DNA of 64,000 bases from a virus (taxonomy: Duplodnaviria; Caudoviricetes). Below, piece after piece: positions 17,996-28,030 of the stretch. Under the pieces are notes generated by a model. It made no database searches and had not been told where the DNA came from. It worked only from the letters and a program-made list of their open reading frames with translations. The translations under genes were made by a program, and so were the position numbers. How positions within the stretch are numbered: position 1 is the stretch's first letter; each line of letters starts with the position of its first letter. The stretch lies in IMG/VR virus record IMGVR_UViG_3300037255_000025, positions 105,749-169,748 of that record. One strand, given 5' to 3'.

Positions 17996-19629
17996 TCATC
18001 GACCGATACCCGAAGCTTTCCGCCGCGCTCATGGTGGTCCTCTCGGTTACGTTGGCCGTATCCATCACGCAGCTCCTCGGACTTCTCGGGCTCGACGCCC
18101 GCGCCCCCGCGTACGCGCCTATTGCGCACCCCGTAACGGCACGCGTAACGACGTACAGCGACGCCACGGTGGTCGACACGGTCCTGGGGCCGCTGGACGG
18201 CGGGTTCCGCACCGGTGACCTCGCGACGCTGGCTCGCGGGTCGACCGGGCTGTCTGCGTCTACGGTGTTCGCGACCGGGGCCATGACCGCAGGAGACGGC
18301 GCGGGAGGAACGTTTATCTGGGCCCCCTCGGCTCCCACGGCCGACGACGGCTGCACCGTGATCGTGCCAATCGACAGCTCTGGACACCCGTCGCCTGGTG
18401 CGTGGGTCCGCCAGTGGTCCGGTCCGATCGACGTGCGCTGGTGTGGCGCAAGTAGCTTCGGATCCGCCGCCGCAAACACCGTCGCGATCAACAACGCCTA
18501 CAAGCTCGCCGTGGCGCGACAGAGCGCATACCTCGGCCAGTCCGCGGTGCTCCTCAGCGGCTCGTTTCGCATCTCCGGGACGATCCTGGTAGGGGCACCG
18601 GGTGGCGGTTACACCTCGGTCAGCACGATCGGGGAGGGCAATTTCGCGAGCGGGCTGCAATGGGATCCGTCTGACGAGGCACTCGACGCCGGTGTGGGCG
18701 ACGCGGGCACCGATGCCGGCGTCGACGGGTTGCCGGTCGCGCAGAACATCGCCGTGCTGTATTGGAACAATATCGGCGCGACGATGCGAAATGTTACGAT
18801 CCAGTATGTCGGCGCGACACCCGCGACAAATTCTGTAGGGCTAGCGTTGTCTGGCCCGACCGCGTCGATGGATTCGAACCAAGACACCTTCGACACAGTG
18901 ACCGTGTACGGCTTCGCTACCGACGTGGCCGTTGGTGGCGTCAACACTGCGGTGGCGGGCCAAGACTGTGCGGCTCAGATCGCCTTCAACGATACCTATC
19001 TCGAGGGCGCGACCTATGCCGGAATCCAAGGCGGCGGGGACGGTAACTCTCTGGAGATCAGCTTCAAAAATGGCGGATTGGCCGGAAACTACATTGGGGC
19101 TGCCCTGGGAACAGCGGGGGGTTGGTCATTCGAAGGCGGCGGCAGCAGTGGCAACACCTTCGCCACCTTCGTTTTCCTAAGCGAGTGGCAAGGTCCGTTC
19201 AGCTTGCGAGACTGGCGCTTTGAGATGGCAGCCGGCGAGATCGCGATGAGCGGCGCGACGCAAGCCACCGTTGACGGCTGCACATTCCAGATGACCGCCG
19301 CGCCGACTGGATACAACGTGCCGATCTCGCTGTCTGGATATACGGCTGCCAAGATCACAATCCGCAACTGCGCCTTCGCCAATAACTTCGGATCCGACTA
19401 CCCCGAAATCGCGGCCCCGTCGAACACCACAGGGTCGGTTAGCGCGATCGAGTTCGTCAACAATCGACTCGATAACCCTGCTTCTGTGCCGTTCTTTTTG
19501 TACCCAGGTGGCGCATCCAACGGGATGCGCTACTCGATGTGGGGAAACTACCTCGACGGCGGGAATCAGGGGCTGCACATCGGCACGATCGTCGACGGCG
19601 GAATGGTCGACTCGGTGTCGTCACCGTAG
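17992..19629 (+). CDS. tailspike-like beta-helix protein (pectate lyase-like) with hydrophobic N-terminus
   Basis: GDGAGGTF.W..DDG..IVP..G.WVRQ..IDVRWCGA tailspike N-domain followed by beta-helix-like repeats. Confidence 0.7.
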   Translation: MIIDRYPKLSAALMVVLSVTLAVSITQLLGLLGLDARAPAYAPIAHPVTARVTTYSDATVVDTVLGPLDGGFRTGDLATLARGSTGLSASTVFATGAMTAGDGAGGTFIWAPSAPTADDGCTVIVPIDSSGHPSPGAWVRQWSGPIDVRWCGASSFGSAAANTVAINNAYKLAVARQSAYLGQSAVLLSGSFRISGTILVGAPGGGYTSVSTIGEGNFASGLQWDPSDEALDAGVGDAGTDAGVDGLPVAQNIAVLYWNNIGATMRNVTIQYVGATPATNSVGLALSGPTASMDSNQDTFDTVTVYGFATDVAVGGVNTAVAGQDCAAQIAFNDTYLEGATYAGIQGGGDGNSLEISFKNGGLAGNYIGAALGTAGGWSFEGGGSSGNTFATFVFLSEWQGPFSLRDWRFEMAAGEIAMSGATQATVDGCTFQMTAAPTGYNVPISLSGYTAAKITIRNCAFANNFGSDYPEIAAPSNTTGSVSAIEFVNNRLDNPASVPFFLYPGGASNGMRYSMWGNYLDGGNQGLHIGTIVDGGMVDSVSSP

Positions 19630-20913
19630 CTAGCCGCGGGGCTTGGGCCGCTCGAGGACCAGTTCCGAGCCGGTCGCGCTCAACGTCCCACCGCACCCGT
19701 GGCACTTCACCGACTTGGTCGAGCGCATCGACGTCGGGTGTTCAAAGTCCCGCACGGCGGGCGTCGGGTTGGTCCGCGAGGGCTCGCCGACGGGCGCGCA
19801 GCTCGTCGTCACGCCGGACTCCTCGAGCCCCCAGTCGTCCGCCAGTACCATGATGGGCTTGCGGCACCCCGGGCAGCAGACGACGTAGCTGAAAGCCTTG
19901 CCCTTGTGGGCCCAGCGGCGTGCATCACCAGGCAGCATCTTCTGGGCACACCCCCACGGAGGGTACGGGCGGATCAGGGCTCGGACGACCGGTTCGAGCG
20001 GGCTCAGTTTCACCGTCGACCCGAGCGCGCTGCGCGATAGATATCGACGGCGGCGTCCGTAGGGTCCGCGTCAAACCAACCGAGGTTTTCTTGGTCCGAA
20101 AACAGGACCCCGCGATACCCCTTGGGCGACGCCCGGACCGTGTCACCGATCCCGACCGCTTCAGTGTGGTACACGACCGCGATGCCTCGCGCGTCCAAGG
20201 CAGCCCACGTGTTGGAACCCCGCCAAGGTTTCGCCGGACCCCACGTCGCGCCAGGTAGGCGGGGGGCCGTCACGGCTCCACCATGAGCCGTGCGACCGTT
20301 GCGGTCAGTTCAGCCACACGACCGAGCGCGCTGTGTAGCTCCACCCGCAGACGCAGCGCCTCTTCCTCCCAGGTTTCGACCCGACCGACACGGCCGTCCT
20401 CGAACGTGACCGAGGTCGCGCGGCCCCCGCGGTCGACATCACTGATCGGGTAGGTCTCGCGCGGCTGCTTGCGGCCGAAGCCTTGGCGTGGCGGGCGTTC
20501 GAGCCTGACCTGCGCCGAGGCCGACACGTACTCGGGCAGGGTCGCTAGACCGCCCTCGTGCCAAACGGGAACGTCGTGGTGCCGACCCATCAGCGCGTCT
20601 TCTTTGCGGGCTTCGGCTTCGCCGGCCGCACCGGAACCTGGAGGAAGTCTTTCACTTCCTTTCGGGTTGCCGCCAACCGCGCGAGCTGTAGCGCTTCGCC
20701 GAACCCTCGTGCGTACCCCGCGGCCTCCTCGAGCGTTGCGCCCCCGAAAAACACAGCATCGGGCGAGACTCCCAGGACCACGAGGTGTTCGGACGGACCG
20801 TACACGAAGAGGTGGTCGTAGCCGCGTTCGTTCGTCTTCGGTCCGTCGAGGTAGGGCGAAACCTTCACCCGGTTCAGAAGGCTGTTGAGCGTGTCGTAGT
20901 CGCGTGTGTTCAT
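19630..20913 (-). other. four coupled hypothetical ORFs (20590-20913, 20270-20590, 20010-20273, 19630-20013)
   Basis: Overlapping start/stop codons; GGGTAAG motif before the first. Confidence 0.6.
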
Positions 20914-20944
20914 ACGCGGGCCCCTTACCCGCCGCGGCGCGCGT

Positions 20945-22915
20945 TCATTCGCCCGAGGGCGTCACCCACTCAAGTAGCTTGGCCACCGAGACCTGGACCT
21001 TCGTGATGTTGTGGCGCTTGAAGTAGGCCGCGAGCGCGTCATCACCGCCTGGCTCGGCCGCGGCTCCACCGGAGCCCACTGAATTGGGGAGCGGCGCGCC
21101 CGCGGGGGCTGTCTTGGGTTCCTGGTCGTCGCCGGGCTTGCTCGCCCCCGGCGGGGGTCCGCCCGGAGGGGCCGAACCGTCGCCGCCAGGCTCTCCCGGT
21201 GCCCCCGGAGCGCCGCCCGCGGGGGGTGTGGCCGCGCCTCCGTCGAGGCCCATGATGCCCTGGAGCACGAGAGGAAATGGCGCGTCGGCCCAAGGGGTGT
21301 CCAGCTTCTTGAACTCCTTGTTGAGCGCTTCGCTCGCGGCGGCCCGGACCTCGTTGGTCGTCAGGCCCCCGGCGGTCGCCAACTGGGTCACGAGCGTAAC
21401 CAACTGCGTCGGGTCCGAGGCGGGCGCGGAGTTGGTCTTGAACGTCCAGTACCGGATGCCCATGTCGGCCAACACGCGGCGGTTCATCACGTGGTCGAAC
21501 TGTTCCCGGAGCGGCTCGAAGACCTGCTGCTCCGCGAACTGGAGCACCGCCTGGGCCTGGGCCCGGTTGACCTCCTGCGATACGCCGCGGAGCAGCTCAG
21601 GCAGCCGGAACTGGCTGCCGATCTTGCTCGTCCCGTTCTTCTCGTACTCCTGGAACAGGGCATCCTTGAGCTGGGCCTCCGTGAGGGGTCGCAGCTCCAC
21701 CTTGACGCGCGACGCGCTCGACATCGCCTGGGCCGGGTTGGACTCGGCCTCGATCAGCAGGACCGAATGGAAGTTGGCGCGGCCCTGGATGGTCTCCTTG
21801 AGATGGTTCTTGATGAGGTCCACGGCCCCCGCCTTGAGCGAGCCGCCGCTCACGAGGATGGCCATCGGCGGGATGCACTTCTGGTCGAAGTAGCTGAAGT
21901 TGATTTCCTCGGACGCGCGCAGCCCCAACACGTTCATCGTCGCCCCGACCCAGCGCGGGATCCCGTACGGTCCGATGGGGCTGAAGACCGACCACCACAG
22001 GATCTCTGTGGCCTCGACCGCTAGCTCGCCCTCCTTGTCCTTCAACTCCTCGGGCGACGCATAAAAGTTGCCCGTCTTGGCCGACAAGATGCGGGTGTCG
22101 CCGAACTCCTTGAAGTACACGGCGATCAACCCGTTCACCAACTGCACGAACGTCCTGAAGCGCCGCGGGACCGGTACGGTCGTGTACTTCAACGGGCTCA
22201 TCTTCTGGGGCGTGTCGACCAGCACGTGCTCGATGTGGATCGGACGCAGCCGCATCGTCACGGCGTCGATGCGCTCGAATTGCTGGATCTGGCGGTTGCC
22301 GTTCCGGATGACCTCCCAGTAGGCGTTGCCCGTCGTTTCCAGCTCCAGCCGGGTCTGCATCCTCATCTCAACGAACGAGGTCGTGGGGTTGCAGTAGGCG
22401 AAGAACCGCTCCAGCGCGAACTTCTCGCGTTTCATCTCCGCCCGCATGGTCTCAATCGTGGCCGTGACGTGGTCGTCGTCGACCGGGTCGACGCTGTGGT
22501 CGTAGATGCGCTGCATCAACAGCGCGTCCCGGACCAGATCGCTGGCGTCGGACTTGTCGAGGTCGATGACGGGAACGAGCGTGAACCCGTAGCCGTCGAT
22601 GTTGGCTGCGTACGCATCGACGCAAGGACGGAGCGCCGAGCTGTTCTCCCACGTCCGCACCGTCGCCCACGGGTCGTACCGGGGGATGAGCGCACCAGCT
22701 CCTAGGAACCAGTTCGCCTCGGATTCGACAGAAGGCCTGTTATTTCCAGCGGAAACCACCTCGGTACCGCTGACCGAGATGACGATCGCCTTCTCGACAG
22801 GGTCGCCGTTTTGATGGGTCGCTACAACACTTGAAGGCTGATTTTCCGAGGCCGACTTAACGACCTCTTGGTACTCGCCGGTGAGGGAACGGAGAAGGTC
22901 AGGTTCGATAGCCAT
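20945..22915 (-). CDS. portal protein
   Basis: LETTGNAYWEVIRN, YGIPRW, N.SYF...PPMAILVSGG, FRLP.LLRG..NRA pattern. Confidence 0.85.
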   Translation of the reverse strand: MAIEPDLLRSLTGEYQEVVKSASENQPSSVVATHQNGDPVEKAIVISVSGTEVVSAGNNRPSVESEANWFLGAGALIPRYDPWATVRTWENSSALRPCVDAYAANIDGYGFTLVPVIDLDKSDASDLVRDALLMQRIYDHSVDPVDDDHVTATIETMRAEMKREKFALERFFAYCNPTTSFVEMRMQTRLELETTGNAYWEVIRNGNRQIQQFERIDAVTMRLRPIHIEHVLVDTPQKMSPLKYTTVPVPRRFRTFVQLVNGLIAVYFKEFGDTRILSAKTGNFYASPEELKDKEGELAVEATEILWWSVFSPIGPYGIPRWVGATMNVLGLRASEEINFSYFDQKCIPPMAILVSGGSLKAGAVDLIKNHLKETIQGRANFHSVLLIEAESNPAQAMSSASRVKVELRPLTEAQLKDALFQEYEKNGTSKIGSQFRLPELLRGVSQEVNRAQAQAVLQFAEQQVFEPLREQFDHVMNRRVLADMGIRYWTFKTNSAPASDPTQLVTLVTQLATAGGLTTNEVRAAASEALNKEFKKLDTPWADAPFPLVLQGIMGLDGGAATPPAGGAPGAPGEPGGDGSAPPGGPPPGASKPGDDQEPKTAPAGAPLPNSVGSGGAAAEPGGDDALAAYFKRHNITKVQVSVAKLLEWVTPSGE

Positions 22916-22941
22916 CGCGGACCCAGCCTACCACGCGATGG

Positions 22942-23807
22942 CTACTGCTCGTCGACGTCGATCCAGCCCGGACCTCGGCGAGAGCTAGCCGCAGCGCTCA
23001 TGCGGGCACGAGTCTCTTCCGGTACTCCGAAAACGCCGCGGTTGTGGGCGGGTCGCCCCTTTGCGGTAGCGCTAATCTTTTCTCTCGATTCCGCCGACCA
23101 CACACGTGTCCTGTTTCGCGCCGCGAGCGCGGCGCTGAAAGCTGGTCCCATCTTCTTACCAAGTTGGGCCGCTCCGATCTTCGCGCGTTGTTCGGCCGGG
23201 AGCGTCTTTCCTAGGTGTGACGCGCGCATCTTCGCCCTCGTCTCGTCGGTCGGGTGGCTCATCAGCTCGCGATGACGCGCGAGCTGCTCCGGCGTCCGCT
23301 TCTTTCCTCGGTTCGCGTCGCCGATCTTCTTCGGGCCGCTGGGTCCTCGAAGCGCTTCTTCTGCACCACGCTTCTCGCGAGAAGTGACGCCGCGTAGCCC
23401 TCGGGGTCCATTAGGCGCCGCCTCGCGTGTCCGTCGCGGATCGCCTTCTTCGCCTCCTCGGATAGAGCCCCGCCTGCTCCGCCGAACCGGCGGTTGAAGC
23501 CCTTCGGATCCATCGCGTCTAGCTCACGGATCCAGAAGGTCTCGGCCTCGTTGAGTTCACGCTGGGTCACGCCCTCCACGACCTCAAGGATCGTCTCCCG
23601 GAAGGCCCCACGGCCAACCTGTCGCAGGTAGAGGTCGAAGGGCGCGACCCTGCCGATGAGGTGGCCGCGCATGCGCGTCTCGAAGTCCCGCGCCTGGCCG
23701 ACGTAGTGCCGACCCGTCGTGACCTCGGTCAGGAGGTAGATGACGGCGCGGGTGACGATCCTCGCCTCATGGGCAATCGTCCTGGCGCTCTTCTTGGCTG
23801 CTGCCAT
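22942..23807 (-). pseudogene. GIY-YIG homing endonuclease with NUMOD3 repeats, split by a frameshift near 23330
   Basis: VIYLL..HYVGQ..R.R.H; KKIGDANRGKKRTPEQ lies upstream in the frame of ORF 22942-23262. Confidence 0.8.
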
Positions 23808-23830
23808 ACGCGCGCGGGCTCCCTACCCGA

Positions 23831-24544
23831 TCAAGCCCACGCCCTCACGCGCTCGTACTCGCGGAAGACCAGCGGGTACTGGCCACCGCCGAGGAGCTTC
23901 GCCTGGCGGGCCGCCTTGTCGCTCGGTCGTGTCATGTGGCCCCTGACGGCTTCGTAGCCGTGAAGGCACGCGAGCGCGGCCTTGAACGATATCGCGGCCG
24001 TATCCTGGTTGTCCTGACCGGGGGCCTCGAACAGCGCGAGGATCGCGGCCCGGCGCGTGACGGCGTACGCCGGGTGTTGGCGCGCGTCCTCGGACAGCAC
24101 CGCGTCGACCTCGGCCCGCAGGCGCTCGCGCGACGTACGGGAGTCTGTCGGTTTGGCCGCTTCGGGCTCGGGCACCACGTGCTCGTCGCGGACCAGCGGC
24201 CATCCAGCGACAGTGCTCGCGGGATAAGGAAGCTCCGTCGTGAGACCAGCCAACGTCCTGCCCACCAACGTTACCTCTTCGTACGCGCGGACGCGGTGGA
24301 CCAGAACACTCGGAAGGACGCCCAGACCCGGCGGAGGGATCCGGACCTCGCCCAACATGACACGACCGTTCCGGGTTTCGATGCCGATGCAAGACCAATC
24401 ACGCCCGTGCAACAGCATCTGTGTGATGCCCCACAACGACGTCTTGAACGAAACGCGATCCCCTGGACCCACCCCGTCAACGGTGTACTGCTCAGAGTCC
24501 TTCCCCCAAATCTGCCCAACCTCGACCCTGCTCGGCTTCGTCAT
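23831..24544 (-). CDS. hypothetical protein
   Basis: GGAGG RBS and GGGTAAG upstream of ATG 24544. Confidence 0.6.
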   Translation of the reverse strand: MTKPSRVEVGQIWGKDSEQYTVDGVGPGDRVSFKTSLWGITQMLLHGRDWSCIGIETRNGRVMLGEVRIPPPGLGVLPSVLVHRVRAYEEVTLVGRTLAGLTTELPYPASTVAGWPLVRDEHVVPEPEAAKPTDSRTSRERLRAEVDAVLSEDARQHPAYAVTRRAAILALFEAPGQDNQDTAAISFKAALACLHGYEAVRGHMTRPSDKAARQAKLLGGGQYPLVFREYERVRAWA

Positions 24545-24581
24545 CGTCGCACCTCCAGCGGCCCCCCTTACCCTGACGCCC

Positions 24582-24620
24582 AAAAGAAAGGGCCACCGAG
24601 GCGAAACCCTCGGTGGCCCT
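24582..24620 (-). terminator. Rho-independent terminator
   Basis: AGGGCCACCGAGG-GTTTCG-CCTCGGTGGCCCT followed by TTCTTTT. Confidence 0.85.
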
Positions 24621-24641
24621 GATGCCTGGTCGCGAACGAGG

Positions 24642-24989
24642 TCAGCTCGCGGGTGCAGCCGGGGCGGGCGTGACCGGAGCCGCCGGAGCCGCGGGGGCTT
24701 GAGCGGGCGTGTTGGCCGTGATCGCAGCACCCAGCGCGGCCGCGCTGGTGTTGAGCTGCGTGACCAGCGAGGCGAGCGCCGCGGGGTCGGTCCCGGCGGC
24801 GGCGATCTGGGCCGCGAGGCCCTGGATGAGCGTGATCGCGCTCTGCTCGACCGTGACGGATGCGGCGACTTGAGCTTCGAGGGCGGTGAGGTCTGCCATG
24901 GTGTCTTCTCCTTGATTGAGGAGCAGCCGTAGCAGCTCCAGGACGGCGTCCAGCTTGGCCTCGATACGGTCGAGCTGCGACTTGTTCAC
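24642..24989 (-). CDS. Ala-rich helical phage protein (alternative start 24900)
   Basis: MADLTALEAQVAASVTVEQSAITLIQGL; followed by a terminator. Confidence 0.65.
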   Translation of the reverse strand: MNKSQLDRIEAKLDAVLELLRLLLNQGEDTMADLTALEAQVAASVTVEQSAITLIQGLAAQIAAAGTDPAALASLVTQLNTSAAALGAAITANTPAQAPAAPAAPVTPAPAAPAS

Positions 24990-25067
24990 CCGGGGTGAAG
25001 TAACGCACCGAGCGGGGCGCCGCAAGCGAACCCGGCGCCACGGGGGGTAAGGAGCCCGGCGGAGGTC

Positions 25068-26423
25068 GTGATGATCGAGATCAGCGGACACAGCGACGAC
25101 GTCGTGTGCATCGGGGGCGACGTGAACGATGAGGTAGCGCCGGGGGCGATCCTGTTGGTCGGGACCAAGCAGGCGGGCGTCGAGGTCAAGATGCAGTACC
25201 TGTCGACCGGCGTTTGGGCCGCGCGGGTGAGCCAGGTCGACGACGGCGCACCGATCCCGTGGCCTGTGTCGATCTGCGAGTCCGAGCCGACGGGGCTCAA
25301 GGACAACCGGACGCCGCCCTACACCGTGGTGGTCCGGATCGACTGCCCGCCCGGGACCCCGGTCTACCGAGGTTCTCTACGGCTCGGAGTCGCGAAGAAG
25401 AAGAGGGGTACGTGATGCGCAAAGAGAACGAACCGTCGGACGGAAACCACGGGCCCGGGTGCGCCGCGACGATCGTCGCGGGCCTCGTCGTGTGGGCCTT
25501 CCTGTTCGGCGTCACGTGGGACGGGCGCCACTACGACGTCTCGTGTACGTGCCGCCGCGGCGTCGTGGTCAACCAGAAGGCCGCGCCGTGAAGAACGTCA
25601 CCTCATTGGTCGCCTCCCAACTCGTCTTCGACCGGGCGAAACCAGAGCACAACCAAGACCACCCGCGGGCGCTCTTGGTTGTGCCCTCGCTCGTATCCAC
25701 GAGCGAGATGTGCGCGGCGGTGATGCTGGATCTGACGCGCCAGCACCCCGCGCTGGGGATTCGCCGGGCCGCGTCGGGGTCTCACTTGACAGTCGAGAGG
25801 GGCAGCACGTCGCCGCTCCTGGAAGTGCGGCACGTTCGAGACGACCTCGTAGGAAACCGATTGGACGTCGTGTTCGTCTGGGTCGAGGTGCGAGGCCTCA
25901 AGGAGGACCCGTCGTTGCTCGACCCCTGGTGGCGTCAGGTCGTCATGGGCCGGCTCGTCGCAGGCTACCGTGTCGTGCGATTCGGTGATTCGTGGGGTGT
26001 ACTAAAGGAGCGGGCGTGTTGGCCGTGAAGTCCGCCGCGTGGGGCCCTGGTCCCTGGGACGATGAGCCCGACAGACTCGAGTGGGTGCATGCGGGCCTTC
26101 CTTGTGTCATCCGGCGCAACCGGACCATGGGTGTGCTCCTGGGTTACGTCGGGATCCCCACGGGGCATCGCGTGGCCTCGATGATGTTGGGCGCGTCGGA
26201 AGACCTTCGGGTCCACGACGGCGTCACGTTCCACCAGCACGGCTCGGTCGAGCTAGAGCTTGACCCCGATCTCTACTGGGTCGGATTCGACTGTGGCCAT
26301 GCGGGCGACCTCTCGCCGTTACTCGGTCTATCCAGGTCCGGGTACGGGGTGTACCGCGACATCACGTACGTCCGCAGCGAGACCGAGCACCTCGCGGACC
26401 AGTTGGCCGCGCTCGACCGTTAG
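25068..26423 (+). other. four coupled hypothetical ORFs (25068-25415, 25412-25591, 25588-26028, ~26025-26423)
   Basis: Coupled stops/starts; the last has GYVGIP..VHDG.TF..W.GFDCGH motif. Confidence 0.6.
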
Positions 26424-26791
26424 TCCGCCACCGTCTGGTCTGCGAGCGTCGGGTAGACCTCGACGCTGTAGCCCGCGACGCCGCGCGAGGAAGTCGGGAA
26501 CGTCTCGACCAAACCTCCCGGGTACGTCACGAGCCACACGGCGTCATAGACCCCGGGGTACTGTGTATCCGCCGCCTCGAACGAGACCGTGACCTGGTTG
26601 CCGTTGGTGCTGAACGGGCTGTTCGCGAGCGCGACCGCGGCGGGCGTAACCGAGTGCCGGGTCTGCCGATGCACCATGTTGAAGACGCACGTCGTGCCGC
26701 CCGGGATGATGACGTCGCTGCCGTCCTGGTTCTTCAACAGCACGACGAGGGGACGACCCGTGTCGCCGGAGCGGATGGTGAACTCAGCCAT
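26420..26791 (-). CDS. BppU-N-like virion protein
   Basis: FTIRSGDT...DT..PG.Y.A.W.VTYPGG..ETFPT. Confidence 0.65.
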   Translation of the reverse strand: MAEFTIRSGDTGRPLVVLLKNQDGSDVIIPGGTTCVFNMVHRQTRHSVTPAAVALANSPFSTNGNQVTVSFEAADTQYPGVYDAVWLVTYPGGLVETFPTSSRGVAGYSVEVYPTLADQTVAD

Positions 26792-26805
26792 CCACCCACG
26801 CTAGC

Positions 26806-28029
26806 TCAGCTAGACCGCCGCCACACGCGTCGAGCGGTACCGCCGAGCGTCTTCACCTGGCGCGCGGGCTCGTTCGAGGACCAGACCCGCTTCGCCGCGC
26901 CGCCGAACGTCTTCACCCGACGCTCGGGCGGGCTGCTGGACCACACGTGCCGAGCGGCACCGCCGAGCGTCTCGACGGCGCGGACCGGGATCGGGACCGG
27001 CGGCGAGTACGGGATGTCGCCCGAGAGGTTCGCAACCGCGGCCGCTACGCCGGAGAGGTACCCCGCGCCCGCGAGCGCGGCGGAGACCTCTGCGTCGGCA
27101 TACGCCAGCCCAGAGAGCGCCCCCGCGCCCGCGACGCTCGCGTTCGTCGACGTACCCAGCGACACGGCGCCCGAGACCTGACGGATCACGGTGGGAAGAG
27201 CCGTTTGGTTCGCGACCAGAGAAGCCGTGCCCGCTATAGCGGCGATCCCAACGATGCTGGCGGCCGAACCAGCCGCCAGCGTGGCCGCGCCCGACACGGC
27301 CGGCGTGATGGCCGACACCGCGGACAACGTTGCGGTCCCCGTGACGCTCGGCACCGCTGTCGTGCTCGTCGTCAACGCCACGGTCCCGGCGACGAGGGCG
27401 GACCCGGCCAACGAGCCCGCGACGGCGCCCGTAACGCCCGCGGACCCCGTGAGACCATCGGACGCGGACCCGGTCGCGGTCGCGCTCGCGCCCAAGGACG
27501 CAGCCCCGAAGATCCCCAGGGTCGCCAAAGACGTCGCTGAACTTGGCGCCGTTCCCGAGACCGCGCCGGCCCCGCGTGCGGTAGCCGACGCAGACGACGT
27601 CGTCGCGATCGAGCCCGCGAGTGCGCCGCTTCCACCCAGCGTCCCAGAAGACGAGCAGGACTCCGCCGCGGTACCCGACAAAGAGCCAACGCCGCCCAGG
27701 ACCGCTACAACCGACGTCGCAACCGACGCAGCACCCCCAAGCGCCCCCGCGCCGCGTGTCACGCCGGTAACGAACGCAGAGGCCGCAGCGGCCCCCGACA
27801 CCGTCGAGGTCGCGGTGCTCGCCGCAGCCGCGGACGCAGCGCCCCCTAGTCCACCAACGCCAAACAGCGCCCCCGCGCTCACGGTCGCGGCTACGACGGT
27901 GCCCGTGAGCGTGACGGAGTCGAACGCGGTGGTCTTGTCGAACCAACTCGACTCCGCGGTTGCGGCCGTCGGGTCGAACCACCCGGCGCCGGTCTGGGTC
28001 TGGCCGAACCACCCGGCGCCCGCAGTCAT
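26806..28029 (-). CDS. Gly/Ala/Ser-rich virion protein with three C-terminal V.T.GG.A..VW repeats
   Basis: Composition and repeats; lies in structural cluster. Confidence 0.6.
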   Translation of the reverse strand: MTAGAGWFGQTQTGAGWFDPTAATAESSWFDKTTAFDSVTLTGTVVAATVSAGALFGVGGLGGAASAAAASTATSTVSGAAAASAFVTGVTRGAGALGGAASVATSVVAVLGGVGSLSGTAAESCSSSGTLGGSGALAGSIATTSSASATARGAGAVSGTAPSSATSLATLGIFGAASLGASATATGSASDGLTGSAGVTGAVAGSLAGSALVAGTVALTTSTTAVPSVTGTATLSAVSAITPAVSGAATLAAGSAASIVGIAAIAGTASLVANQTALPTVIRQVSGAVSLGTSTNASVAGAGALSGLAYADAEVSAALAGAGYLSGVAAAVANLSGDIPYSPPVPIPVRAVETLGGAARHVWSSSPPERRVKTFGGAAKRVWSSNEPARQVKTLGGTARRVWRRSS

Positions 28030-28030
28030 G

